Below are positions 20,123 to 31,356 of a stretch of 34,149 nucleotides of DNA, in pieces. The notes under the pieces were generated by a model. That model saw nothing but the letters and a program-made list of their open reading frames with translations. It was not told the DNA's origin and ran no database searches. The stretch comes from Nemertoderma westbladi (Eukaryota > Animalia > Xenacoelomorpha): positions 1 through 34,149 of the forward strand of contig JAUCBJ010001108.1 in assembly GCA_032718475.1 (NCBI GenBank), in the 5' to 3' direction. Position numbers and translations under genes: made by a program. How positions within the stretch are numbered: position 1 is the stretch's first letter; each line of letters starts with the position of its first letter.

Positions 20123-21315
20123 TTTCATTTCATCATCCGGCTTTAAATGCCACCGGCGGCTTTAATGTTAAACTTAAAATGTTAAAAACAATAACCTGCA
20201 GACAAAACGCGCACAGATACTGTATATGGTAGGATACCGTAATATAAGCGTTTTAAAAGCATAATTTAATAAACATTAATATATATTAAAGATAAAATAT
20301 AAGACCATTATTTAAGACACGCTGATATACCGAAGACCCGACAACAAACCCTACCCACTGCGACTGCACCAGCCGCATTAAATCAAATGCCACAGCCGCT
20401 AGCGCCAGCCTACTCCGACTCCCAACCCGCCTAGGCAACATCGGTCTTTTACACAGGGCGAGAAACAGGGACACGCGAGCGCCAGTTCTCGCTATAATAA
20501 TCCATAACACATTGCCGTTTGAGAATGTAGTTAGCTTCTGCGTTGTTCATTGTAGACCAAATGTAAAAAGTATTGAAACAATCTCGGAAGGATAAATCAC
20601 TGATAGCACTATTATTTTTACTCAATATAGCTTTTATGTCATATTTATTGCAGGTAATAGCCTCTAAACTGGGGTATCCCATACGAACGGAGCCGACTTT
20701 ATAATCCGCAAATAGTTGGTCATACAAATACCCCGATAAGTGCTTCACTAACAAGTTACTGAAGAAATATTTTATTCTAGGATTATCGCAATTAAAGGCT
20801 GAGTAAATTAAGCGTAGTTGAGCTGCATGAATTCTAGTGTTAAGATGTTCTTCCTCGAACAGAGAATACAGCGTTTCGTTTGAAATATAAGAGCCCATAC
20901 CTAGGATTGACCGCATCGCCTTTCGCCATATTATTCCAAGAGAGTCAAACATATCTGTTGGGATAGTGGACGCACCATATAAAGCAGATGGAGCACATAC
21001 AACGTTCCATATCAACTTAGTTATGTAAAAGGGGACAGAGTCTAGGCCTAGTCCTCGCGTTCTCAGCTTTGATACATTAACCCAGATTCGTTTTACAAAG
21101 TGATCTTTAATGTACGACTTGAGACCCGGAAGTGGTAAACCTAGGAATGTGCAGTGATTTGCCTTTTGTACAGCTCTTCCATCTTTTAGGTATACCCCGT
21201 CACATTTATCAGTCTGTTTGCCCCATATTATTTCATTACATTTCAGAGTGCTTGTTATGAACCACGATTTTTTATAGCAATTTTTTATAGCATTTTTTTA
21301 ATTTATAGCATTTTT
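20123..21315 (-). mobile_element. 5'-truncated non-LTR retrotransposon (LINE) inserted in copy 2
   Basis: Absent at the matching site in copy 1 (~12052-12056). Minus-strand (TGAAA)n tail at 20118-20136, TTTCA at both junctions, and a 3' stem-loop GCCACCGGCGGC near 20150. Confidence 0.8.
20449..21270 (-). CDS. LINE ORF2 fragment: end of RT domain and thumb region
   Basis: The frame is open upstream of the listed ORF (..WFITSTLKC..HCTFLG..), then CAPSALYGAST and WRKAMRSILG..ISNETLY, which are typical post-RT LINE motifs. Confidence 0.75.
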   Translation of the reverse strand, partial: KSWFITSTLKCNEIIWGKQTDKCDGVYLKDGRAVQKANHCTFLGLPLPGLKSYIKDHFVKRIWVNVSKLRTRGLGLDSVPFYITKLIWNVVCAPSALYGASTIPTDMFDSLGIIWRKAMRSILGMGSYISNETLYSLFEEEHLNTRIHAAQLRLIYSAFNCDNPRIKYFFSNLLVKHLSGYLYDQLFADYKVGSVRMGYPSLEAITCNKYDIKAILSKNNSAISDLSFRDCFNTFYIWSTMNNAEANYILKRQCVMDYYSENWRSRVPVSRPV

Positions 21316-23109
21316 TTTCAAAAACTAGTTTCAAACCTCTACCATAAACCTCTACTGTGTAATGATAAACTAAGAAGATATGTGCATACAGTATGATTAA
21401 AGTTGAAGTATACTGAACATGTTTTTTTCAATATTTTGTCAATATTATTTAGGGAGCTCATCAACGGTATAATAATTCCGTTTACAATACGGAAAGTTCA
21501 GGGTAAAAATTGTCTTAAAACAACCGGCCGGATATAAATGGTTTTCGCACCGGGCAGTATGAGTCGTTTTGCAAAAATTATAACAGAAAATATTAACAAA
21601 TTGTATAATCATTGGCCGAAATCATTAAACCAATGTACCAAAATACGATCAGCAGAACTTAAAAAAAACAACCAAAAGTAACTAACACAACGAAAATTAT
21701 TTCGTGAGGCTAGGGATTATAACCCCTCGTTTACAGATACGAGAGTACCGGCAGACAAACAACGTCGGTTTGCCCGATGTGTCCCTAACGACCGGAAAAC
21801 ATATGACGTAATGTTAGCGAGAATAACTTCTGAATCGAGTTTAGTAGCCTGTTAGAATTTCATTCAGCCACGAAGTAATAAATAACGGGTATAATAATAT
21901 AATATGAATAACAATCATAAGAATTTGTGCTACCAGTATAAACGGGTAAACACCTAATAATATCGTTACCGTAAATGACTCTGTGGCTGCTGGGATATTA
22001 ACTACACTGCCTTAAATATACAGAAATGTACAAAGAACAATGTGATAATCAATTCACTCCAGCTGGTTGCTCACTAAGCAATCCCATTGGCAGTTACACT
22101 ACAAATCACTTAGGATAGATTACAGGCCAACTCAATAAAGTAATATGTATGCACTGCACAACATTATAACAGTTACACAAGCGGGATTACATTGGACAGT
22201 TGGATCAGCGCCTGATATAATACTGTTATAAAGCATTAAGAAGACGAAGTGGTCTTGCAATGCAATAACTGATCCAATGGGGCCCCATATATAATATTGC
22301 ACAGAAGTACTGCTGATCTAAATCATCCGTATGGCCATTTTTTGTTTGTAGAATACTAAGTAAATGGAACCGTGTACACTCTAAAAAAACTTCTTTGTAA
22401 AATTGCAAAGAAAATCTTGTTTGATCTTTTTTACTAGATTTTCTTTGGAAAAGTTTCAAGGATTTTATCAGATTACCAAGATGAAGTCAATTTGACAATA
22501 TTTATCTAGGCATCTGGATCTTGTTGAAAATCATCTTGAAAATGTTGGCGGTTTGTTACCTACACAAGCAGACTTGCATACAGTACCGGCACTGTATCAC
22601 TGCAGCCAGCCATGCAGTCAAGTCAGGCTGTCAGGTGGACACAGGGTAGTGCAGTACAGCAGTTCAGCAGTACAGTGCTGCAGTGTGAGTGTAGTCTGGC
22701 AGTAATGCCATTTCTGACCTTTACTGGTACCGGTACCGGTAATACTTCTCCCTCCATACCGTACCGGACCGGTCTGCCGGTAGGCTGTCCTACTGTACCC
22801 GTACCGGTTACCGATCTAGCGCCTAGCGGTACGGTACCGGTCTGCCGGTAGTTATGCAGTTACTGACTTCTGGGTAGCTGTAGTTAATGCAAACTAGGCC
22901 TTCCTCAGTTCTTGGTTGCCTGGCCTACTGCCATGACTGCCTACTGAACTAATGTCGAAAATTCATGAAATTACAGAATTAGGCTAGGGGCCTACCCTAC
23001 CGCTACCGGGAGCGCGGCAGGTGGCAAGCGGTAGGCGCAGGCGCTGTACTGCAGACTGCAGTACTGTGCTGCTGTGTATTGCATTGCTGTAGGCCAGTCC
23101 AGCAGTCAG

Positions 23110-23547
23110 GAACACTGGTCACAATTTGTCCAATCTGCCAATTTACAGCCAGAATGTGTCCGCGGAAAATGCTCTCAGAGTGAAATTTCTCCATAGAAAA
23201 CAATGCTAAATTTCATTTGAAAACCGGCAGTGAAATTTTAACATTGGCATTCTAAAAATTATGCCATTAGAACCGCCATAAAATTCTGTATAAATTAATT
23301 TGAGAATTAGAATCTCATCGTTGGGATAACATCATTAATATTAAAAGTAAAAATTGTCCCCTTCCTTACAGCCTTATGCCTTATGTGCCCAGCTTCTGCT
23401 TTGAGGACTAGTGAAGTTACAGCCAAAATATGTCCGAAAATATAATCGTAGCCTGTGAAGGACAAATAGTGGCTGCACGGACAGTTTCTGGCTGTAAATA
23501 TGTGGATAATTTTTGGCTGAGCTTCAGCCAGAAAGTGACCAGTGTTC
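23110..23547. mobile_element. Nested MITE-like inverted-repeat element
   Basis: GAACACTGGTCAC / GTGACCAGTGTTC ends plus an inner IR ATTTACAGCCAGAA / TTCTGGCTGTAAAT. No clear TSD. Confidence 0.55.
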
Positions 23548-23889
23548 TTAACTGTAGATGGCCATTACCACATGGCCATTACATCTCCACTCTAGCCATT
23601 CAAAGTTTTATGTTGCTTTGCGTCATCGATTTTAAGGGCCTATCAGTACCGGTACCATTATATGTACCGGTATACTGGTATATATATATATATACCGGTA
23701 GGCCTATATATTTAATATACAGATATAGGCTGCATCTTACTTTTATACAACCTTATGACTGGCAATAATTATTACAACCACACAATATATAATAATACAT
23801 ACAGCATATTAGGCTTTTTATACTCGTATGGTGTTTGTATTTCTGTAATATTTTCTATTAATTTAATTATGAAGGATATTCATAGTATT

Positions 23890-25606
23890 ATGAGAACTCA
23901 CTGTAAGGATTGTGAGGAAGGTGAATGTCCGGAATACTTTTTGCCTGATGATACGGGTAAGTCGCAAGCTTGTACTTATTGTGGATGTCCGCCAGTCAAA
24001 CATGCCAAAGGAGATGGAGAGTCGGCTTCTGGGATTGCCCCTGATGTAGGCCTAAGTGCTGGAAATTCAAATATGGAGCAATCTGATATTTCTCCTACTG
24101 TGTCGTCCTATATTTGTTCACCAATACGAATACCTGAACCACCAGTGCCAATTTATTCAAGTACTGCTAAGGTGCGCATCTGCCAAGATGGTCTTGTTGA
24201 TATACTGCGGATGTCCGCAGAGGGCCGTGATTTGTTAAAACGATGTGGCAATGGGGTGCCGTTTGGGGAAGCTCATAGAAGCACGTTGGTTTCGCTTATA
24301 GTCTCTTCGTGTTATGATGCTGGGTTGAATCACGAACAACTACAAGAGTGGGCCGTTAATATTACAAAGGTATTTCCTAGCGAACGTGCAAACACCTATT
24401 TCTATAAAAAGACGGTGACAAAGTCGGTGAAAGTTAAAGATTCCGCAACCAGTAAAGACTATAAAACACAAGTTGCTTGCGGTAAACTGTATAATAGGTA
24501 AGTTGAATATTTAGTTAATTGTATAGGCCTACAACATAACATATATATTTAGACATTTCGTATTTGCAGTCATTATACAACAGTAGGGGCTACGGGGTAG
24601 TATTGTACTATCTTTGGAATTGCATCTTTGGATTATATTATAGGATTTTTGGAATATATGAATGAAAATGCGATACTGTATTTAAGTTCGGTTGATTTTA
24701 ATAACAGTATATTTGTATTAACTTTTCAGGTTCGTAACTGTAAGGAAAAAACTTAAAACATCAAAGGAAAGTCAATCGGTTGGCATAGCTGCTATGGGTG
24801 TTGAACAACCACTAAGTGGTTTTAATGTGGATGACATTAAAGCGGAAGTAGAAGAGGAGTTGAACTATCTGACACTTAATGGTTTTGAAAGAAGTAAATT
24901 CATAGCAACAACATTGTACCGCTTAGTCGGGTTTTATCATGGGGCAATTATTCTCACTGATCTGCCATACATGCTAGACAATAGCATAGTATATGATTGC
25001 ATTTGTCACGATTTCGTCCATTTGTGGAAGGTGGTAAAAAATGTAACAGACTTGAATGAAAACGCCTTATTCACCCCGAGTTTCATTGATGTTTGCCGCC
25101 AACTGATTGTGATGGAGAAAATAGGGAGCATTGACCCTGGTGATCTGAACGAGACTGCTACTGCAAAGATAGGTTTGTTCTTGCTGACAGAGAAGCTCTG
25201 TAATAAGATGTCTGTACAGATATCCCGATCTAATCGAAAGTTTTGGCGCCCATCCATTTCTGATGCGAAGAGTTCGTTCATAATGGAGGCTGTGGATCAT
25301 GCAGCCATGGATAAACAGATACTGACTTTGTCATCTGAATATGCCCGTATGGGTTTGCAAGTAAACCCATTTGTAGTTCTACTTAAAGATTCCTCGCAGA
25401 GCGTCGTTATCTATAATGATCTTCGGTTTCAGCGGCCAACCCTTCTGCAAGGTGTTGACCTAGCTTTTAAGTTGTCGAACGTGTGTTACTTACGGTATCC
25501 GGCTGCATCGCTTCCTGTGTGGCTCTTTTTGGAGCACATTTTTGGGGTCCCACCGTCCGAAATATCTTCTAAAGTCTCAAGTCTTCTCTCGGACTTAAAG
25601 TTGTAA
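23890..25606 (+). CDS. Two-exon transposon-borne protein, join(23890..24497,24730..25606), ~494 aa: N-terminal Cys/His cluster, C-terminal domain resembling animal EnSpm accessory/SAMD3-like proteins
   Basis: Donor AG|GTAAGT (24497/24498) and acceptor TTTTCAG|G (24729/24730) join in frame to give GKLYNRFVTVRKKLK and run into the 24794 ORF. C-terminal motif GVDLAFKL..V..L.YP....VWLFLEHIFG. The start could be 23869 instead. Confidence 0.75.
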
Positions 25607-26538
25607 TTGTTTGTGAAACATGCACATATTTTCACGCTGGCCAGTATATATATATATTTCGAACTATAAATCGTTGTATTTTTTCTAACTTTGGCTTATC
25701 TAAATTGTAAATTATTGTTATATCTCACATTTAGGATTTTAATCGCACAGTTTAATTAAGGTATAGATGTGGTACTTACTTAAAATTTATTTCTTAACCA
25801 CATTGGCCCTTACGTTTTGTATGGTGTTTTTCACCAACAGTAACAAACTACAAGAACTCTGTAAAGTTGTACTTTATCCCTGCCTTGCAAGTGTAATTAA
25901 TAGTTATTCTATTGCCTTATAAACATTTCTGATTTCCTCTGAAAATTTGTTTCATATGATATTGTGCTTATTGAAGGATTATTTTGTAATGGTTGTTTAG
26001 TTAGCAGATATACTTTATCTTTTTTTTAATCGAAAAATAATTTTATTCAAAAATTTAAATATTACTTTCCGATGAGGCGTTGTTTTAATACAATGTACCG
26101 TACCATACCGGTATAACGTGCAGTGTTTGATATGCTGATTGCAAGGCCTACTTAGGGTGCGCCATATAATTTGACCCCAAGAGTGGATTTTAAGTAAAGT
26201 TCTAGCAATAAACATTACTAATATCGAACCTATTGACGTCTTATTGATAATAATTTCTAGGCCCTCAATTATCAGGAAGTACCAGTTGGCTGCGCGCCCT
26301 GTATTCTATAGTAGGCCTTGGATGATTGTTACCGGTACACCAGCACAGGATATAGGAAAGTGAAACTAAAATATGACAATATGACAATGACAGTACCTTG
26401 GTTCACTTAATGTAATAGTGTGAGCTTACAAAAAAGTGTGCGCGGACATAAAAGTTAAACTTTTATTGACGCTGTTGTTACTGACAGAGGAAAGAAATGT
26501 TTAAATTTTTGAATAAAATTACATATAACGCTGCTAAA

Positions 26539-26633
26539 AGCACGTTATAGGAAAACAGTACTCGTCTACTTTAATTGCCTCGCTGCGCTCGGCGAGTAAA
26601 CCGACTCGTACTGTTTAACTATAATAAAGTGCT
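26539..26633. repeat. Imperfect hairpin end of a small dispersed element (Crypton-like)
   Basis: AGCACGTTATAGGAAAACAGTAC / GTACTGTTTAACTATAATAAAGTGCT arms around GCCTCGCTGCGCTCGGC. Confidence 0.45.
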
Positions 26634-27371
26634 ATAACTTTAACTGTGATATAACTGTAATAAATAGTTATTTTTAAATGTTTCTAAGGTTTTTAATAAT
26701 TAGTAGGTTTTATATTAATTAGTTTGTTTGTTTTATTTCTCAGTAGTAACTTTTTTGGCAGTATAATTTTGTAATTTAACCACCTATGAATGAATAAATA
26801 AAGTGTCAGTGTTATTAGTTTTATATCTTGTAAAGTACATCTGATACATCTTGGTAAATAAACGTTGAATCTGGTCAGTTTTTTTGCAATTACCTTTGAG
26901 CAATTTCGCTTGGTATCTGGTTAACTTGCTTAAATATCTTGCTTTGATCGCCAGATATTTTTGGCAATTACACCAAATATTTTAGTAATATAATTTGACA
27001 AGATAATCATGCCAATTTGCCAACGTATATTGTGCCTATTTTTTGGCATGATTATCTTGGCAGTTTCCTTATTTTTTTTTGCAGATTGCCAAATTATTTT
27101 TTAGAGTGTACATATACATAATATCCCTCTACCTTACTACTGAATACTAAATCATAACGGTACATTTTGTTTAGGGTATTTCATTTGGCCCAAGAATGCA
27201 GTGCATTATTACACCAACTATGTATACAACCTGAAGACTATCTCGCCTCTTAATGGCGTAAATTGTGATCCCCCCCCCCCCCCTTCATGCTCATCAGAAT
27301 ATGGGCAAGTTGAAAATTATTCTAATCCGACCCCGACAAAACCATAACCGACAACAACAAACTCTTTAAAA

Positions 27372-27623
27372 AAGTGTCCGAGTGGATACGGCACCTGAAC
27401 TGCTTACACAATAGTGTTTGGTGGCGAAGGTTCGATTACGACTAAAGACTGTAGAAATTTCGCACTGTTGTGTCCATAGGCAAGACACTTTAGACATTAG
27501 TGCCTACGCAAACCCAGCGGTATAATGGGCACCTGGCTTTGCTGGGGGTAATAATCATAAAAAGCGCCTTTGAGTATGCAGAGCGTAGAAAAGCGCTATA
27601 TAAATAATCAATTTTATTATTAT
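27372..27623 (+). mobile_element. tRNA-derived SINE with central conserved domain and L2-like tail
   Basis: A box GTCCGAGTGG, B box GGTTCGATT, CORE-like GTGTCCATAGGCAAGACACTT, Nin/Deu-like ACCCAGCGGTATAATGGGCACCTG, tail AAGCGCCTTTGAG..AAAGCGCTATATAAAT..(ATT)n. Confidence 0.8.
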
Positions 27624-27883
27624 TAGGATTATCAGATTATTGACCTTGTTGGCACTTAGCCTTTGAAATATATTTATATAGTTTTATATAAAACCTTTTA
27701 TAATAAAGGCTACTTAACGAAACTAACTATTTATTATTATTATTATTTAACGTACATTATATTAGTTTTATAAATCGGAATATTCTATCTCGAATAGCAA
27801 ATTTTATCTCAAAAAAGTTCGTCATCGCAGTAGTATTTTTCTATAAGTCCGGCTTATGTTCTAATTAAAGTACACCAAGGTAA

Positions 27884-28148
27884 CCTTGGTGTAGTGGTTG
27901 CATTGAATTTAGATCTCCTGTAGGTCGTGGGTTCGATCCTCACATAGGCCAGGGCAGTTTTCGTTTCGGCACGATGCTTTAAAGGGACCAGCCAGGGCGC
28001 ACTCTGCCTTGCATCCTTAAGTGGTAGCTAAATGAGTACTAGAGTTTCCTCTGGGGAGTAACGTTCTGGGGGGACCGCACTGGAAAAAGCGCGTAATCCC
28101 TGGCCTAGCGGCCGAAGAAAATTTACTTTACTTTTTACTTTACTTTAC
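27884..28148 (+). mobile_element. tRNA-derived Nin/Deu-type SINE with (CTTTA)n tail
   Basis: A box TGGTGTAGTGG, B box GGTTCGATCC, ACTCTGCCTTGCATCCTT..TAAATGAGTAC domain and TTTAC repeats. ACCTTGGT occurs at both ends (27883-27890, 28149-28156) as a candidate TSD. Confidence 0.8.
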
Positions 28149-29075
28149 ACCTTGGTTCTAATTAATGTTACTTTTACCGTTATATCGCTCCATTCCAGTT
28201 TTAATGTGGCCTCGTCCGGTATTCAATTATTTAAATAAGTGACGTTAATGATATTTCTTGGAGTACATATAATATTATTCAAAGAATGTATTGTTTGGCG
28301 ATAGTTGTCTATTCGGTGTAGCTTCAGATAGGCTTCATACCGGTAGGCCTACTGTGCGGTTGTACACTCAGTGGAGTGGATATATACAGTAGATTCCAGC
28401 TCAGGTACTCCCCTATATCATACTCCACCACTCGTCTGTCAGCCAAAACAGTTGCCAGGTCACCACTTTAGACCTGTATCCTATAGAAATAGGCCTCCTA
28501 CAGTACTATAAGCGACGTTTTTGGGCGGACACCAGACCAGAATGCCAGTGCTTCAACGGGAAATTTGTTTATTCAGGTTGATCTGGCATGGTCCCTCAAT
28601 TCTGAAACATTGGTTCTTCCTGGTGAAGCTGGGTTTTATAGAGATAATGTTCTTTAAATTTTAATACACTTGAAAAATTATCTGAATTTATTACACTTTT
28701 GTAAAAGGACAACAATCTTAATTGCAAAACACTTTTAGAGATTTGATCCTCGTGTTTTTATATTCACTCAGTCGCTACATTCTTTCGTGTACCAAAATAC
28801 TCACATATAAACAAACACTTTACAGTGTACACATCTTACCGTAATATATATTACCCACACAAAATATGATATAAAAATTATCTTTACATTTTATACTAAA
28901 CTTAGTTAATGAAGATTAACAGTTAATTTATTCTAATCGTATTATAATTCTAAAAATTAAATTAATTCTGTTGCTTTATTTAAAAAAATACATAAATAAG
29001 TAAATTTTACTTTTACTACTGAGAAGTAGGTTAGTACACGATTTCCTAATGTTTCAAGCAAAATTGAAAAAATGC

Positions 29076-29080
29076 AAAAA
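29076..29080 (-). terminator. RNA polymerase III terminator (T5)
   Basis: TTTTT 6 nt downstream of the tRNA 3' end on the minus strand. Confidence 0.7.
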
Positions 29081-29086
29081 GTCAAT

Positions 29087-29159
29087 CGAGCGTGCCAGGG
29101 GTCGAACCTGGGATCTTCTGCTCCGTAGGCAGACGCGTTATCCACTGCGCCACACACCC
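29087..29159 (-). tRNA. tRNA-Arg (anticodon ACG)
   Basis: GGGTGTG/CACGCTC acceptor, GCGC D arm, TCTGC-CTACGGA-GCAGA anticodon arm, CCAGG-TTCGACC-CCTGG T arm. 73 nt, no intron. Confidence 0.93.
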
Positions 29160-29824
29160 GTGAGAACACACCTTTCAAAATAAGTATTAAGAGAGATTAC
29201 ATGATTATACTTACCTTGATGGCATTATAGCGTTATAGCATTTTATGCTAACAGCTCGAAAATGGGCTTAATCCAAGTTACTACAATAGGTTATTATCAA
29301 TGGCGATGACTGTGAAACATGAAAACCATAGGCAACCCGAAGCCTCATCTCGCTTCTGGCTTGGCGGTGTTACTCATAGCGCAAGGAGGCCGCTACACTA
29401 ACTCACTCTTATTTTCGTAAAAGTTTTTACATACATCAGGAAATGTTACAACATAGGATAAAATTGCTTAGAAAGAATAATATTAAAAATATTTATATTG
29501 CAGGATTATAATATATTAATTCAATATAATTTAATATATATATATCTATATTAGTAATGTATGCTTAATTTAATGACGGTACGTGAAACACCCCCCAAAT
29601 CTTTCGTAAAATTGCAAATGTAAAATTCGTAAAATTCAGTAAAATTGCTCTCCGAGGATTTTTAACATGAAGCCAACAAAAATTCAGAAAATTATTTTCC
29701 GAGTCGCCAACCCCATTGTAATTACGAATACATTCTTAAGTGGATATTTTAATAAAGCCATTGAGTAGTGCAGAGGCAGTGGTATCTTAAATACGTATCA
29801 CTATACAGTAGTTCCGTGGGTTCC

Positions 29825-31315
29825 AGTGGAATAGATGGTGTTCCCCCTGAGGTCTTTAAAATACCTGAGTGTTTAAAGCTCATCTATCCCATCATAGTAG
29901 ACATGTACCGTACAACAAGAGCCCCACAAGAAATGAAAACAAATAAGTTGGTGCCAGTTCCCAATAAGGGCAACCTAACACTCTATGGTCCTTTTCGGGG
30001 AATCTCATTGATCTCGATTGCTGCAAAGCTATACAATAGAATTCTATTAAATCGCATCAGGGATCCCATTGAGAGACTGCTCCGTGGAAATCAGAATGGG
30101 TTCCGTAAAGGTCGTGGGACCATGGAGCCCATTTTGGCACTTAGAAGGATAATTGAAGAGTTATCAAAAAAGAAAGACAGGCATCTGGCTGTTATCTTTG
30201 TTGACTTCTTCAAGGCCTTTGATTCAGTCTCTCGCTCACGTATGTTCAGCATACTTTCATTATATGGGATTCCTGATGAAATTATTGCAGCAATCAGATC
30301 AGTATACGATGGTTCGACAACATTTGTGTCTACTGTTGACGGTGACACAGAACCATTTGAAGTGTTATGGGGCGTCCTCCAGGGAGACACACTTGCACCA
30401 TTCTTGTTCATAATTGTTGTTGACTATGTTCTACGCATGTCCTTAGATCATCATAATGATGATGGGGTGATGATAACTCCACCAACTGGCTCCAGAAGTC
30501 GAGGAAATCCTGCCATGAAGTACCTAGCTGATCTAGACTTTGCTGATGACTTAGGAGTACTCTCAGAATCACTAGAGGGAGCCCAACGGCTCATCAGCTC
30601 ATTAGAACATGCTGCTTCTAGTGTTGGTCTTTTTATTAACTCCAGAAAGACCAAAATTTTGACAGTTAACTTTGAAAGTCCTCAGCAAGTCTCTGATCGG
30701 ATGAGCATAAGCTCAAAATATGGTTTGCTTGAGCATGTGGATGACTTCTGTTACCTGGGATCATGGATCCGGAAGTCAGGTGAGGACCTTCGAATACGTA
30801 AGGGAAAGGCATGGACAGCCTTGAATAGGCTTTCCAGGATTTGGAAGTCACCGAGAATTAATCGGAAACTTAAGGTCCGGTTATTTAGAGCAGCAGTAGT
30901 TCCAGTACTCCTCTATGGGAGTCCATGCTGGGCTCTAACTGCTGAGGACACCAAATCTCTGGATGGCACATTCACAAGAATGCTACGCCGGGTTCATTGT
31001 GTCAAGTTCAATGCACACATCTCCAACCAGACACTACATAACATTGGAGGTGTCTCATTGGTTCCCCCAAGCTTGACACTAGAACAAAATCGCCTCCGCT
31101 TTGCAGGACATTGCTTTCGCCGTGAGGACCAGCCAGTGCATAATCTTGTACTTTGGCAGCCTCATGGAGTGAATAAGCATGGTGGACAGCCCATGACTTT
31201 CTTGAGACGCATCTTAAATGACACTGGCCTTGAAGATGCGGATGATCTAGCAAATGTCGGTGATAGGGAGTTATGGCGGTGCAATTTTGTCGATAAGCCG
31301 GCACAGCATTCTTAA
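29825..31315 (+). CDS. Non-LTR reverse transcriptase (RTE-like), endonuclease domain missing
   Basis: GIDGVPPE, FRGISL, QNGFRKGR, FVDFFKAFDSV, GVLQGDTLAPFLF, DFADD, FCYLGS, RLRFAGH. The first ~19 codons of the listed ORF lie outside the element. Confidence 0.93.
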   Translation, partial: SGIDGVPPEVFKIPECLKLIYPIIVDMYRTTRAPQEMKTNKLVPVPNKGNLTLYGPFRGISLISIAAKLYNRILLNRIRDPIERLLRGNQNGFRKGRGTMEPILALRRIIEELSKKKDRHLAVIFVDFFKAFDSVSRSRMFSILSLYGIPDEIIAAIRSVYDGSTTFVSTVDGDTEPFEVLWGVLQGDTLAPFLFIIVVDYVLRMSLDHHNDDGVMITPPTGSRSRGNPAMKYLADLDFADDLGVLSESLEGAQRLISSLEHAASSVGLFINSRKTKILTVNFESPQQVSDRMSISSKYGLLEHVDDFCYLGSWIRKSGEDLRIRKGKAWTALNRLSRIWKSPRINRKLKVRLFRAAVVPVLLYGSPCWALTAEDTKSLDGTFTRMLRRVHCVKFNAHISNQTLHNIGGVSLVPPSLTLEQNRLRFAGHCFRREDQPVHNLVLWQPHGVNKHGGQPMTFLRRILNDTGLEDADDLANVGDRELWRCNFVDKPAQHS

Positions 31316-31356
31316 AAATGCAGCTGCAATGCAGCATGCCAATCCTAGTAGTAGTG
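29825..31356 (+). mobile_element. 5'-truncated RTE-type LINE
   Basis: Very short 3' UTR ending in (TAG)n. TSD CGTGGGTTCC at 29815-29824 and 31357-31366. Confidence 0.88.

Larger units (their letters stand above)
16395..21891 (+). repeat. Segmental duplication, copy 2
   Basis: Paralog of 8110-12623. Lacks 9750-10056 and ~11257-11648. Has extra sequence at ~19472-20040 and 20123-21315. Confidence 0.93.
22377..27108. mobile_element. CACTA/EnSpm (CMC)-like DNA transposon, 4.7 kb, no transposase
   Basis: TIRs CACTCTAAAAAA / TTTTTTAGAGTG each flanked by TA (22375-22376, 27109-27110). Clustered CAAGAT/ATCTTG/CCAGAT subterminal motifs at both ends. Confidence 0.82.

Noticed and set aside
8110-21891. 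Diversity-generating-retroelement explanation for the divergent finger helices (RT genes nearby)
   Set aside because: Changes are not restricted to adenines, the repeat spans whole genes with introns, and the RTs are ordinary Gypsy/LINE types.
21960-27255. Possible decayed minus-strand LINE RT split by the CACTA element (21960-22376 and 27109-27255)
   Set aside because: Only faint motif hints (SWCNNAL, TKCTVM, LYQALI) across frames, too weak to call.
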